DNA of 64,000 nucleotides from Setoptus koraiensis (taxonomy: Eukaryota; Animalia; Arthropoda), in assembly GCA_048013815.1 (NCBI GenBank), contig CM106585.1, positions 19,778,001 to 19,842,000 on the forward strand. Reading direction: 5' to 3'. Under the pieces are notes generated by a model, which worked only from the letters and a program-made list of their open reading frames with translations, was not told the DNA's origin and did not search any database. Position 1 is the stretch's first letter. Every line of letters begins with the position of its first letter. The translations under genes and the position numbers were made by a program. This document shows positions 10,506-24,080 of this stretch, piece by piece.

Positions 10506-13500
10506 ATCAACAACAAATTGTATCACCTGGCTGCGCTTGTGGCGCTGACTCGGTAAACATCATCAACAAGCGACTCACCTATTGCGGCGCCGAGACTAGC
10601 GAGCGGATGAGTCAGTCGGGCCGGCCGGCAGTGGATTGCACAGCAGTGCAGAATACCCAAAAGTTGAGCAGTCATAGTGCGGCAGCGATTTCGACGCTTT
10701 GGACGGCCAATTGTCGACGAATGGTATCGCACGGCGTTCAGCAGCAACAGCAATCGGTGGCGGCGAGCACGTTTTCAGCGGCCGACACATCATCCTGCAA
10801 ACAACAGCAACAGCCTCAACAACGGCAACAGCAACAACAGCAGCAGCAGCAACAACAGGTGCATGCTCATCAGCCGAAACTATCCATTGGCAGCGATTAT
10901 CGGTATTTAGCAGCAAGTGCACAACGACAGCAGCAGCGACAGCAGCAACAACAACAACAGCAGCAGCAACAACAGCGCCAGTCGATAATGACAGCCAATG
11001 AAACAGTGGGCAAAAGTGTCGCAGCCAGTCAACAGCAGCCAGCAAGCCAGCTCAAACGAACGCCGCAAAACAAAACAGCGGACCAAACGACAACAAACGA
11101 CGCAGCAGCAACTGTAACTGCCGACAATCAGCGCCTCGTATCGCCTCAGCGCCCCCAGATCAGCCTGACAAGATCGCCGGGCCAGAACAGAGTGGCCCCC
11201 ATTAATTGGCAGCAGCAGCCAGCAACGGTGAGCCAACAGGGCGAGCAGGTAAAATATTACGCAATGAAGCCGCAGCAAGCAACGCCGACAACAGCCATCA
11301 AAATGGCCTCACATCCATCAGGCGCAGTTGTTGCGACTGGTCAACGGGTTGACGATTTGACAGCGCACAAAACAGTCAATAATTATAGTCATACGAGGCA
11401 AAACGTTGCATCAACGGCCTCAACAAGCGCATCAACCCTGGCCAGACAAACGGTGACCAGCGGCCAGCCGACAGGCGTGAATTGTGCCAGCGCCAACACT
11501 CTCGGCGCTGTGACTATTCTCAAGCGGGGCACCAAATTGCCCGAGGACGCGGCCCACAGCCAGTCGCAACAACAGCAGCAACAACAGCAACAACAACAGC
11601 AACAACAACGAGCGCGGCCGCAAACGGACTGCAACAAGCAGCAAACTTTTGGTTGTTGTTGTTGCTCGTCCGCGTCCGCGACCAAACCGCACCCAAACAC
11701 GTTCAGTACAGACACCAACCAAGATTCCAGTGCCGCTTACCTGCGACTGGTCATCACAGACAAATTAGACGCGGGTCTCAGAGACATTCTATTGGACTTG
11801 ACGAGTCCGCGCCAGGCCAACGCAACGAGCAATAATTGTGCTATAACCGATGACCAGTTGCGTCAGCTTATGTTGCTGGCCACCGTTGTCAGCAGCAGCA
11901 GCAGCAACAACAGCAGTAATCACGACTTGCGCCACAATTGTAATCAGTCAATCGCCGGCAACTTGCAGCGGCAAACCGCACTGGCCCCACACCGGACAAT
12001 CGCATGCTCAGATCACGCCCCAAACAGTTGGTTGCGTCTGGCCCGATTGCCCCAGTTGGAGCCGCTACCGGAAGTGGCGCAAACGGAAGTTGCAGTGAAC
12101 GACAATGACAAGTGCACAAGATGTGATACAAGGTCGAGGTCGGCGCCACCAATGGCCAGTTGCAGTGGCCATGAAACGACAACGACGACGAAACGACCGA
12201 TAAGCGACCATTGTTTAGAGCAGCACACATGCGCTAGAATACGATATGATACGATGGACGAAACGAACGATACCAACAACGACAACAAGAGCGAAAATAA
12301 GAGCGCAACAACAAGTGATAATGATGAAAACATGAAAATAAATGGCACTGATGACGTGATCTCGATAAGCGACGGTGGCGCCAAAACGGTGCCGATATCG
12401 CGCCGGTTGCCTTACAAATTGAACAGCGGCGGCAATATTGATAACAATGAACAACAGCGACAGCTCGATAAAGTGATCGACGACAAGCGCGTTGGCTCAA
12501 CAGGTGGCCAGCGGCAGCCAGTGATAGAGGCGACAAGAACGGGGGAGTTAATCAGTGCCAGCGAGCTCATAAACGGTACTAATTGCCGCAAACAAGTGGA
12601 CAATTGTCGAGGCGGGTCATCATCGTTCGGAGACCAAAATTTAGCTGCGACAATTGTCAGCAACATCGATGAGCGGCGCCAAGCGCCAAATCAAATTGGC
12701 GAGGGCGGCCATTTTGAGCCGGCTGACACGACATACAACGGCGCCACTGGAAATGCCAGTTGCGTAATCAGCAACAATCAAATCAGCAAGACGGCAAGAC
12801 GGCAGCGACAAGACAACAGCGAGACGCTGGATTCGGATAAGAGACTCAATTGTGATAACTTTACTTTGTTGTTGGATAATGGCGGCGATAAAGCGGCGAC
12901 AACGGCAGCCAGAGCAGCGACAACGACAACAGCGACACTGACAGCCCGAGCAGCAAAAACAACAACGACGACGACAGCAACTCAACCAAATGTAAACTCT
13001 CAAAATAGTTGTGCCACTATTTTGTACAGTTTTGATAGTTGCGCCATCGGGCCGACTACCACAAGTGCCGGCACCGCTGGTAGCCATGACGAGGCAGCTC
13101 GCCGCGATGATATGGCGGCGGCGGCGCTGATAGATCGGCGACAAAACAACGAGATAAACAACACACAAACTGGAGCAGCGCCGACGATTTGCCTATCGAC
13201 GGGCGCCGCTGCAGGCAATATCGCACACGCTGCCGCCGCAAATGCCGAGCCAACAGCGCCAACAACAACAGCAACAACAACAGCAACAACGGCAACAACA
13301 GCAGCAACAACAACGGCAACAACGACGGCGGTAGCAACGACGGCCGAGACGACAATTCGTTGCGACGGCCACAGAGACAGCGACAGCCAGTGCGCGACAT
13401 GCACAACAACAAATACAGCTATTTGCACAACAAATAATAAAGAAAAAACAACGACGACGCTAATGGTCTCGCCAGCAGCCACATTGGCAACAGCAACAGC

Positions 13501-14720
13501 GACAGCGAGCGACAGTGTTGCCGCCGTGAGCAACACTGCAACAAGCCACTCGAGCGCTCGCCAATCGAGTAGCGATCTCGCCAATGCAGCGACTAGCCAA
13601 ACAGCGGCACAGACGGCAGTTGCGACTCACAGTCAGACAGCAACAACCCGTCGGGCTGCCAACGACGACGACGACGACGACGACGACAAACACAGAGCTC
13701 GCCAGGCCGGCGATCAGGCTATCATTAGAAAGAGTAACAAGTGTAGCAGCAGCGACTGCAAACAAAGCTGTAACATTGTAGCAAATTGTGCAGTTTATCG
13801 CCAATTGCGTAACACACACAAAGATCGCAATCAGGCGCCGGCAAGTGGCAGCCGAATCGACAACAGCGGCAACAGCGACATTGGCGACATTAGCAGCGAC
13901 ATCGGCGGCAGCGACATTAGCAACAGTAGGCCAGTAGGTGGCCAGCCAGCGATAGACAGTCGGCGAGAGGACACAACGACAGGTGATTCAGGTTGCACAG
14001 GTGACTCGGCAAGCGGACAACAATTGAAAGTTGCCCACCACCAGAACAGCAGCAGCAGCGCCAATCGGCAGCCAGTGGGCGACGGCAGCAGCAACAGCGA
14101 CAGTGATTGCAGAGGGCACAAGTTGTTGCCCAGTGGTTCTACCCAGCGAGCCCAACAACCCGAGTTAGTGACAGCGCCGACAGGTGACACACTGGCACAG
14201 GTGAGCAGCGATCAGCGACACAAAGCGGCAAGTGACAAGTTGGCCGCAAGTTTCACCTGCTCAGTGAAAAGCAGCGCCCACAGCGGCACCAGTTGCGGCA
14301 ACCTGCGGGCCGCAAGCGAAACAAGCTCGACCACGCCGGACAAGTGTGGACCGGCCAAACGGGAGCCGGCGGACGGGCCTACCAGCAACGCACACACACA
14401 ACGGGAATCGGCGCAGCCAGCTCAGGTGAGCGGACAAGCGGCGCTCGGGCAACACGAAATGGAAACGAGAGCCACCAAGAAGCCCGTCGATTACCCGACA
14501 CCGACGGCAGCGGCCGCCGCCGCCGCGATCACGTCAACCAGCAACAGCAAGCGCACCCCCAGCGGCAAGAGGGGCGCCCATGGGGCCGGCAACGCCAGCG
14601 CTTACGCCGCGCCCGCCCATGTCGCGGATTCGCAGCACAGGCAGCAAAACAATTTGTCACGGAACGACAACGACAGAAGCACCAGTAAAAGGCAACAGCA
14701 ACTGCTCGCAACAGCGACAC
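7380..14720. repeat. Dispersed CAA/CAG/ACG trinucleotide microsatellites
   Basis: Many (CAA)n, (CAG)n and (GAC)n runs, e.g. 7921-7960, 9185-9273, 10801-10857, 10925-10975, 11567-11609. Confidence 0.9.
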
Positions 14721-14726
14721 CCACAG
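8756..14726 (+). CDS. Giant low-complexity (Q/T/N/A/S-rich) coding exon, product unknown
   Basis: One frame is open for ~6 kb while the other frames close every few hundred nt; first ATG 8786; possible acceptors near 8743-8746; consensus donor CAG|GTAAGT at 14726/14727 (phase 1) just before the in-frame stop at 14773. No domain recognised. Confidence 0.6.
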
Positions 14727-14871
14727 GTAAGTGCAACGAGAGCGACGAGACAACTCATTCCTTGACTCCGTGAGTGCGCCGAGAGCAACCCTTTTCCGAT
14801 CGCCTTCCGGTCGCCGGGAGATCAACGGCCGCCAGGGCGGCGCACCTGATCGGGCCGCCCGCGGTGCCCGT

Positions 14872-14940
14872 CCGTCGCTGGTTGCCCGTCGCTGGTTGCC
14901 CGTAGCCGGTTGCCCGTCGCCGGTTGCCAGTGGCGGTTGC
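14872..14940. repeat. 14-bp tandem repeat (CCGTCGCTGGTTGC)x~5
   Basis: Units at 14872, 14886, 14900, 14914 and 14928 with single substitutions. Confidence 0.85.
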
Positions 14941-15466
14941 GGGCTTGCCGAGTGGTCCGGTCCGCATCCGATTGGCAGCGCAAGCTCGCAAGGTAACGCG
15001 GTCTCGCATTGTCTGGCGAATCGACATCGGACAGACACATTTGACGGATCACTCTGGCCTTCGTCGTGCAATCTGACGCCCTCTGTGCGCCCCTGGCGAG
15101 CAGAAAAAAAGCGACCGGAAAATGGTGGGAAAAATCGCATACGGCAATATTTGCAGTATATTCACACACAAATATTTACGGTGTATTCACAGACAAATAT
15201 TTGCACACTGGCAAACATGTAAAACTGGAGAACCGGGTCGCAGTTGATGGGCCTATTGTCGGCAGTCGTTGTTGGCGGCAGCTCGGCATTGTCGGCATTG
15301 ATGGCATCGTGGGCACCGTTTGTTTGTCAGACAGACGATGGCGAAACAGCCAGACAGTGGGTGACACAGTTAACTGATGGTTAGCGAGAGCCACTAGTTG
15401 CAACCTGTGGTGTCCATGCCAAATCGAGAATCGAGTCGCTCTTGAACACACAAACAACAGGTGCTG

Positions 15467-15558
15467 GTGACAAATGACAGATGACAGTTGACAGATGACA
15501 GATGACAGATGACAGATGACAGGTGACTGTTGACAGATGACAGGTGACAGTTGACAGT
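15467..15558. repeat. 7-bp tandem repeat (ATGACAG)x~13
   Basis: Directly visible, with GTGACAG and TTGACAG variants. Confidence 0.9.
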
Positions 15559-16297
15559 GGTTAGCAGGCAACAAGCTGGCATTGAGAGAGACAGAGAAGG
15601 CACGGGTAGCGGGTTTGTGCTACAGGTAACGGCGCACAGTGACTGAAGAGACATGGATCGACAAGAGCTCATTGTTGTTGCCTGTCAGTATTACGCAATC
15701 GTTGGTGCTACCTGACAATGTGAGAACATTGTCGACGACATGCGTGTATGTGTGTGTGTGTGTGTGTGTTTGTCTGACAAGCGCATTCCTGCTAAATATA
15801 CGCACACAAATGCTCACCTTTAGCTGACTAGTCTAGTCGGACTGTACAACAACACATCGGCACCAGGTGACAGTGTTGCCAACGGTAGATATGGTGTGCT
15901 GTTGCACTTGTTGGGCATGTACAAAATTTACATGCTGACAGCAAATTAAGCAGTGTGTTTGCATTGTGCAAATCATCACGTAACGTGATTTTGAGAGGCT
16001 GACGCGCTCATGGCCAATATTGCGTAATCATTGCATAACCGTAACTATTGTGACGGCGTTGTTGCTACTGATTGTTGTAGCAACTGTCGGACAGTTATCG
16101 CATAATTATGCATACATATGCAAGTGCAACAAAGGGAGCATGGCATGAGAAGCATGGCGCCATGACAGCCAGGCGACGGGGTACATACATGAGGCACACT
16201 GCTCTCTCATATATATTTATTTATGGATATCTCTTCATGTGCACATGTCCGCATGTCCAATCAGCGTACCTACACGACTGCAAAATCTCAGCAGTCT

Positions 16298-16350
16298 ACT
16301 ACTATCCCGACTACTATCCCGACTACTATCCCGACTACTATCCCGACTAC
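16298..16350. repeat. 12-bp tandem repeat (ACTACTATCCCG)x4.4
   Basis: Four identical units with no spacers. Confidence 0.92.
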
Positions 16351-16838
16351 AAGACTCCGGTGGCTAGACTCTAGCGGCGAGACTCTAGCGGCGAGACTTT
16401 GGCAGCTCGCGGTTGGCAGATGGCGGATTTCGTCGAGCGGATTGGCAAGCGCTAGAGGGGCGCATGACATTGACGATTTTCCAGTGATTATCGTGATGGC
16501 AGCCAATTTAAAGCAATTGGAATAATAAATAATCGTGCCATTGTCTGGCGTGCAGCTTGCCAGATGGGCCTCGTTGGTGTTTGTTCGTAGGCTCGTCGTG
16601 CAAATTGGCTTGTCGAGCGTGAACTTGGCAACATATACGGACATATGTCTATATATATCTATGTGCACATCTTACAACATATCTTATAATATACATCTCG
16701 CAGTGTGCATGCTCGCAGATATATATGGAAGCGAAATGGGGATATTATTATTAGCGATAAGTCAGATCAGGACGGGCAAACATATCGGAATGGGGCTGCT
16801 CAAAACACCCATGCTGGCTTCACAAAATACCGAGGCCC

Positions 16839-16889
16839 GCTAGCTCGGCCATGTTGGCTAGCTCGGCCATGTTGGCTAGCTCGGCCATG
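16839..16889. repeat. 18-bp tandem repeat (GCTAGCTCGGCCATGTTG)x2.8
   Basis: Identical units at 16839, 16857 and 16875 (last partial). Confidence 0.9.
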
Positions 16890-17665
16890 CTAGCTAGACC
16901 GGCGGCCCGAACGGCGGCCCGATCGGCGGGCAGCGTTGCTGCGGGACACGCCGGCGTGACCGAGAGGCGAAAGACAATGAAGCCTGTTTGCCCGTCCCGT
17001 TTGCCCGGCTGGCTGTTGTTTGTCTTGTTTGCGACGGTGACAACTCCTATGTGAGCGCTGCCATCATATCGCTGCAAACTGCTGCTCCGGCTGCCACTAC
17101 CGACCGTCGTGAGTTAACAGTGTGACACAGCAAACAGCCACAAACAACAACAAACACACATTATCCCCTCGCAAGCTGCCTGCTCATTTGGATCTGCTGC
17201 CGGTCTAGCCAGAGTGGCTAGACCGGCCGGCCTAGGCTGCACATGGGCTAACTAAACCGCTCATAACTGCATCTACTTGCACTAGGCACTTTAGACCGGC
17301 CGAGAGCCGAGCGTTGAGAGCCGAGCGTTGAGAGCCGAGAGTCGAGAGCAAGCAGTGTTTGGCCATCTCCATCTAGTTTATGGCCCTGCCGTGATACTGT
17401 GTCAATTAAACAGCGCACACTGTTATTTTCGTCGTCTTGGCAGGCCGGCCGGCCGGCTAGACGACTATGCACTGCAAACTGGCTAGATGTATGCACTACG
17501 AACTGGCTAGATGTAGTACTGGCAGTGTCGGCCGGCCGGCCAGCACCCAGTCGAGTCGCTAGCTGCTCGTGTGTTTGTGTGTCTAGGCTAACAACGACAT
17601 CCAATCTCGGCTGTGTGTCGAGCTGACAGCAGCCGGCGAGAAGGAGAACGCGCCGAGAGTTCAAC

Positions 17666-17728
17666 AAACTCGAGCAGCGGCGAAACTCGAGTGAAACTCG
17701 AGCAAACTCGAGCAAACTCGAGCAAACT
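17666..17728. repeat. AAACTCGAG repeat, 5 copies
   Basis: Copies at 17667, 17683, 17694, 17704 and 17714. Confidence 0.85.
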
Positions 17729-19313
17729 GTCTCCATTATTTGGCAATAATTAATTGCCCGGCCCGTAGTGTCGTCGTCGTCTGTGTCTCAATTTGCGCTT
17801 GCTCGATGGCTGCCAGCCGGGCACCAATGGCTGCCGAGTTGCTGTCGCCGGCCGACTTGCCACAAGACCCGGCGAGCGAGCTCGGCAGGCATGACGGCCG
17901 CGCCGCAGCACAAGCGTGCGGCCAGCCACCGGACCGCCAGTTGTCCGGACGGACGGCCGGCCGGATAACTGGCCGCCGGCAGCTTGTGCCGGCTCCTCGG
18001 CCTATCGCAACAGCATCGCGCCAGCTAAATCAAGAAACGAGTTATGTGAGCGATGCCCGCTCTCTGTCCCGTTCAATGGCCAATGGGCCACTTGAATGGG
18101 TCCAACCGGCTTCAATGGGCCACTCAAACGGATCAATGGTGGCGATAAGCGAGCGAGCGAGCGAGCGAAAGTTCACTCGCAACATCCTATTGGCCGGGCG
18201 GCCGGTCGCCAGTTGTTGCGGCTCGTCGCATTAACTGTTCCAATTCATTCAGCCGGCCGACCGTCGTTCGCCTGCCGCAAAGAGCTGGCCCGAGATGCGG
18301 TTGCGGCATCGTCCAGTGCGGCCATTTCGGCCCACAATTCTGGCACCGCAAAGGCCAGCCAAACCGGAAACGGCATTCATGCGGCGCGTTTGTGTGCGCT
18401 CTTGCTGGCTGTTCAGCCGTTGACCGTTCGCGTCCATTGTCGTCGACGGTGTTGGCGTTGCTGTCGTTGTTGCTGCTGTCGTTGTTGTTGCCGTTGTTGT
18501 CGTTCAACGTGAGGGCATTTGGCGAGGATAAATAAATATTATTGTATTACGCACAATGTTGTGCGTGATTGATGATAGCACGCCGCTCCGTTAGTTGCAT
18601 GCCGCCAGTTAGGTAATGGGCTGGCCGCCGGTTGGGTTAGTGGGGTTGTTCGCACGCTCACAAAGGCGAGCCCACAATGGCGAGCTGGCCAATGGCTGCC
18701 AACAAGCAGTGTCAGTGGCGTGCAAAGGCGCAATCAGCGTTAGTTGCGCAACGTCGAGCTCGACCAGTGGCTCGCCTTATCGCCGCTGCCCATCAGCAGC
18801 AACAACGGCAACAACAGCGCCAGCAACAACAACAGCGGCAACAACAACAGCAACAACAACAGCAGCAACAACTACTCTATGGCACCAATCGGACGGCGCT
18901 CGCACACACAATTGATGAAATGGTTAGATAAAGGTTTGCGAAAGTGATTCGCTCGCCGCCAGAAATGAAGACGTCCAGCGCTCACCTGTTAATCGAAGCG
19001 CATTATTGTGGCCAGCGTTGCATGAGGTGCGCACCCAGAGCACCAACCCACTGTCTGGCTGTCCGAGCGTCTGACTAACGGACCGACTGACTGACTGGCA
19101 GAGCATTGGCTGGAATGGAGCACACAAAAGACGATGAATAACAAACAAACAACCGCTGACCACGACGCCAGCAACAGGTTGCGACTGCAACCTGTTGCAG
19201 CACTCATCGATCGGATCGATTTGTGCGCCGCAGCCGCCACAGCGGCCGCCGTTAACCGCTGATCGTTAGAGCGAAAGATCACGGCTTAATCAAGTGACCG
19301 CTCACCTGATCAG

Positions 19314-19353
19314 TCTGGTCTGGCCTAGCCTGGCCTGGCCTGGCCTGGCCTGG
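19314..19353. repeat. (CCTGG)n pentanucleotide repeat
   Basis: Directly visible. Confidence 0.85.
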
Positions 19354-21405
19354 GATAGATCGGGCCAGCGATTTGGTGGCCCGTTGCTCATGTGAGCGGC
19401 CAACGGCAAACAAATTGCCGTTGCAATTTGTGCACGATTGATTGCATTTGCGGCGACTGGCAGCGTTGGCCCAATCAATTTGCTTGCCGCCTCATGGCTA
19501 ACGGCTGGCAATGGGCTTGTTGTATGTTTGCTTGTATGACCCAAACACTGCAAACACACATTACATTGTATTTGATTGGCTTACGTCATGAGTGGCCAAT
19601 GAGCGCCAATCATCGGCGCTTGTTTCACTGTGGCCCACTGATAGCTATCTAATAATAAGTTACTATTCAGCCATACGTACGCACTTGCCATTGCATTAAT
19701 GCTGCTTGGCATGCTGACAACGGTTACACTGACCGTTTTGTCGGGCCGGCTTGTGAGCCCGACAAAACTGGCCCGACTGGCCAATCAACTCGTAGTAGCA
19801 GTTAACCCGTTGTGGCAACGGCACTCACTTGTGAGCGAATGGCCGTCGAGCCAGCTAACTGGCTCGTTAATGCTATCAGTCGATCGCAGCCGACTAATTA
19901 TTGTGCCCTGACTCATTAACGAGCCGTTTGTTTGCAAGTGCCCATCGGTGTCCATTGATACAGGGACAAGTTATGCGCCTTGCAGAAACAAGGGCGCAAC
20001 AGCAACTGCAACCACTGACGGCAGCTAGTGGTCACCGGCCAGTTGCGTGCCCAAAATTATAACCGTACTATTATTACTGCTGTGTTACGTCACAACAGTT
20101 GGGGGCGATAATAGTTGGCTCGTGACGACAATGCATTGCGCTTGTATGTTGACCCTGATCATCAGGGCCTGATGAACCGTTACACGGCTGAACGTTTGCG
20201 CAACGTATTACGTAATACAATTACGTAATACACAGCGCAGTGGCGCGCGTTCCAAGCAGCAACTCTGTCAATTGATGGCAATTGTAACTTACAATTTGTA
20301 AGAGAATTCCGTCTGCACAATTATATGCAATTATGTCAACTCAATCATGTCGTAACAACAACAACAACAACAACAACAGTCCAATCTAATGAGCGACAAG
20401 TCAGGAGTTTGGCTCATAGGAGCACAGGTTGTGACGCGCGCTGAAATGAATTGATTTCCAATCGGTACGAGCAAATGACACGAGCATGTCTGATGAACAA
20501 GCACCCAGTCCGACTGGATGTGACAGCAGCATGACAATTATTGCCCTTGTTTACTACACTTGTTTCTCACAAACTCTGCTCTGTGTAGACTCTGCTCTGT
20601 GTAGTCTACCCAGTCTGGGTAACCCAGACAGACAACCGAAGGCTCCGCCAACATGGCGCGCACCAAATGTCAACTGTCAATGTCGAGCCAGCTGCTTGCC
20701 AGTGATTGTAGCTGCGACATTGCATCATCCTGTCACCTCAGCCAGCTTACCTTGTCATAAATTATGACTCATGATATAGTAATATAGACGTAACATGAGC
20801 TTATCATTAGCTTATTATCGCCTCACCTATTGCGCTTATACATTGTGTTTGTCTATTGATGACTGGCGCGCACACTACTGTCATCGCGCACCGCATTGTG
20901 CGACCACAACATTACGCAATGCAATGTGCCTGCGCTCACCTGTAACTAATACTGAAATAGCTCACCTGTAATCAATACTGAAATAAACAGTAATAATTGT
21001 GGTAACAAGTGGCCGTTTCCGTCGAAATGGAAAGCTATCAGGCTAATAGTATTGGCTTGAAATTAGCTGAATTGCGTTCAAATTTGGCGCCCGCTGCACT
21101 TTGCAACTGCACAGACGACACACACACACACACACACAAGACAGTGTTGTGTGCTACAGTTGTCAGTTGGCTGTTCTGTGTGAGCTTGCGAGCGCTGGCG
21201 AGCTGTTGAGCGTTTGACAAAAGTGCATCGCGACTCGCGAGAGTCTCTCGCTGCACTGGCAAGCCTGTCACAAGCGCACTCGATGCTGCCGTTCGCCGCA
21301 CTGCCAGTGGATAGTGCACAAGCTCGCAAGCCAGCAGCAAGCTAGCACAACTGGCTAGCATTACACTCACCATTCGATCTGCTCCAACAGGCGCTGGTGT
21401 GTGTG

Positions 21406-21436
<31 letters not shown>

Positions 21437-24080
21437 TGGCTAGCTAGCCATCGCCGGCGCTGTTATTGTGTATACACGCAATGGAACAGACTGCTGCTGC
21501 AGTAGCCGGCAGCCTAAGCGGTGTGCCTACGTGTGTGCGACTCACAAGAGTCAGAGTGTGAGTCATTGAGTCGCCGTGAGTCGCTGAGCCGCTGAGTCGC
21601 AGCAACAAGCCGCACTGGCCGTGCGGCTTGTTGCCCACAGCACAGCTGTGTGCTGTGGGTACGGCCGTGCGGCGGACTCGGCCGGGCAGAGTGTGTGCAC
21701 TCGAGTGTGGCCTGTATCACAGTGGCGCTGTTCGGCTGTGAGCCAGCGCTGGCGAGATACGCAGCATATTAGCGAGATAAGTATCGAACACACACACACA
21801 CACACCGGTGGCGATGTGCGGCGCACATGAGTGTGGTAGAGTGTGGCATAACTATAATAACTATATGATATCACGATGGAACGGCAACGCGACTGCCGCA
21901 GACGCACAAAATCGAACTGCTGCCAATGTCGTGCCCCCATAGCCGCCGTGTTGCGCCGTGTATAGCGAATGTTGTATAGCGAACTTGCGGCAGCGATCTT
22001 GCGACGGCCAGCCTGTGATGGCGAACATAGCGAGCACGCCGGCGAACTATCGAATGCGAGCTACCGAATGCGAACTTTTGATTCACTTGCGTCGGATCGT
22101 CGCGGTGCGGCCATCAACAGTTCGCCTCCACAATGCGAGTCGCTGCCCCGTCGATGCGCGGCTCGAGCGCGCCGAGGCGCCCCCAATCAGCGACAGCCCC
22201 AATTAGTGCCAGCCCCCATCAGCGACAGTTCGACAGGCTGGTTAACTGTTCGCCAGCGTGCGGGCCACCGCATGCCTGGCGCTCGCCGCCAGCGAATCGC
22301 TGGCAGCCGGCGCGACACGCCGTGCGCAAGCGGCTGCCATGCGACCACGGTTGTGTGCCGTCGACATTTCGCAACCATGACGAACCATTTTGTCGAAAAT
22401 AACAAATTGTTATCGGCGTGTGTGTGCGTGTGTGCTGAAAGGTGTAAAACTGTACAGTGAGCGCTACGAAAATTGTTCCACTTTTAGCCCAGTGTGTGTG
22501 TGTGTGTGTGTGTGAGTGCACTAGGCCAAAGTGCACGTTTCTGGCTGGTGGGCGTTTTAGAATTGTGTGTGGCCATTGCACCAATGGTGCATCATGTGGA
22601 CTCTACTCTAGCTCAGTGTGCAATCTACAGTGTGCAGGCTGCACCAAGATACAGAGAGGAAGCGAGCCGCTGTGCTGTGCGGCCGCCGCGAACGGGCGCA
22701 CAGTTCACGGCTGGCTTGCAGCACCGCTGTAACAGCGCTGTAACAGTACTGTGACAGTACCGTAGCAGTGGTGGCTTGCGGCGCACGCTGCCAGTGACAC
22801 TGGCCGCAAGCGACACAATGCCGCCGCCAGGCCCACCGGTCACACTGATTGGCAAGCGCGCACGCTTTGTCTCAACCGGCAAATAAATGTTGGCCGACAT
22901 TACGGCGCTCCGGCGCTGCCCAGAGGCACACGACAGCGTCTGCCGAACGCTGTGCATGTTCGACTGGCCGAACTGGCAGAAGCGCCGCCCGACGAACGGT
23001 CGGCCGTCGGCCGAGCTAGCGGCCGAAGCGGCGACCGGTTGCAGCCGCACAACGCAACCACTGTGTGACTCGACTGTCGCAAACAATTGTTGCGCTAGGT
23101 TCGTGCGCATCTCGCCCCACCACTAAGGGGGGAAAGCGAACGAAATGTTGGACAGGGGTGCCGAACGAAATGCTGGCTGGACACGCGGCGACGCCAACAG
23201 GCGCCGTCGGCGCAACAATCGTCGAACTTTTTTCCTTTCGCCCTTGCCATTTTACCGTGAGGCGCCCCCAAGCTTGTGCGTCCAACATCTTGAACTCGTT
23301 AGACACACACACACACACATGGTCGCCATTTTGAATTTGTGCGTCTGTTTGCGATATTTCATTATCAGTGTGTGGCATATTGAGGCATTGCATCAACAAG
23401 TGTGTGCGTGTGATATCATCAGTTGGTTGCCAGCAGCAGAACACAACTAAAAACGTTTACTCAGATTATCCAAATCAATTTTTATCACATTAGTCCGTTG
23501 GGGACCATACACACAAGAGTGCTGAAGATATTATTTACAATGTTTTGCTATCAACGCCGACAGTAGGTTTAGTCAGACACTAGTTAGGCCAGCATATATA
23601 GACACTGGCTGTAGTTGTGTGAGTATTGAGCCTTTGAGCTGGCTGTGTCCCGTGTATAGCTGGTGCTCTTTAAATGATGCGCAACTAATGTGTCAGACTT
23701 ACGAGATAATGACGTTTATTACTACCATCATTGTGTAGAGAGTTGTGGCGCAGTGTAGTCATCAGCTACACAGATATATTTATATCATCATCATCATCAT
23801 CATCATCGTCGCCGTCGTGTTATTAATACAATTGACACATCATTTGAGTTTTACCATATCTTGATAACAATTGATGTCCCTTTTCTCATTTGCAATACTC
23901 ATACTCGTCAACTATTAATTATGATGATAATGATAACACACACTACTCCTGAACGACTTATCTATCAATAATACTAATATTAACAATAATACTAATAATA
24001 TTATTAACCATAACTATTCGCATTCTCTCTCTCTATCGTCATCAAAACACATCGCGGTCTAACCAGCACTAACAACCACA

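Noticed and set aside
16298-17728. Short direct-repeat arrays superficially like CRISPR
   Set aside because: Units are 9-18 bp and contiguous without unique spacers; no cas genes; eukaryotic context.
7018-23450. Many 60-210 aa overlapping ORFs (poly-Cys, poly-Leu, poly-Val, poly-Thr, HTHT/VCVC)
   Set aside because: Alternative-frame or antisense readings of CAA/CAG/GT microsatellites; no recognisable domains.
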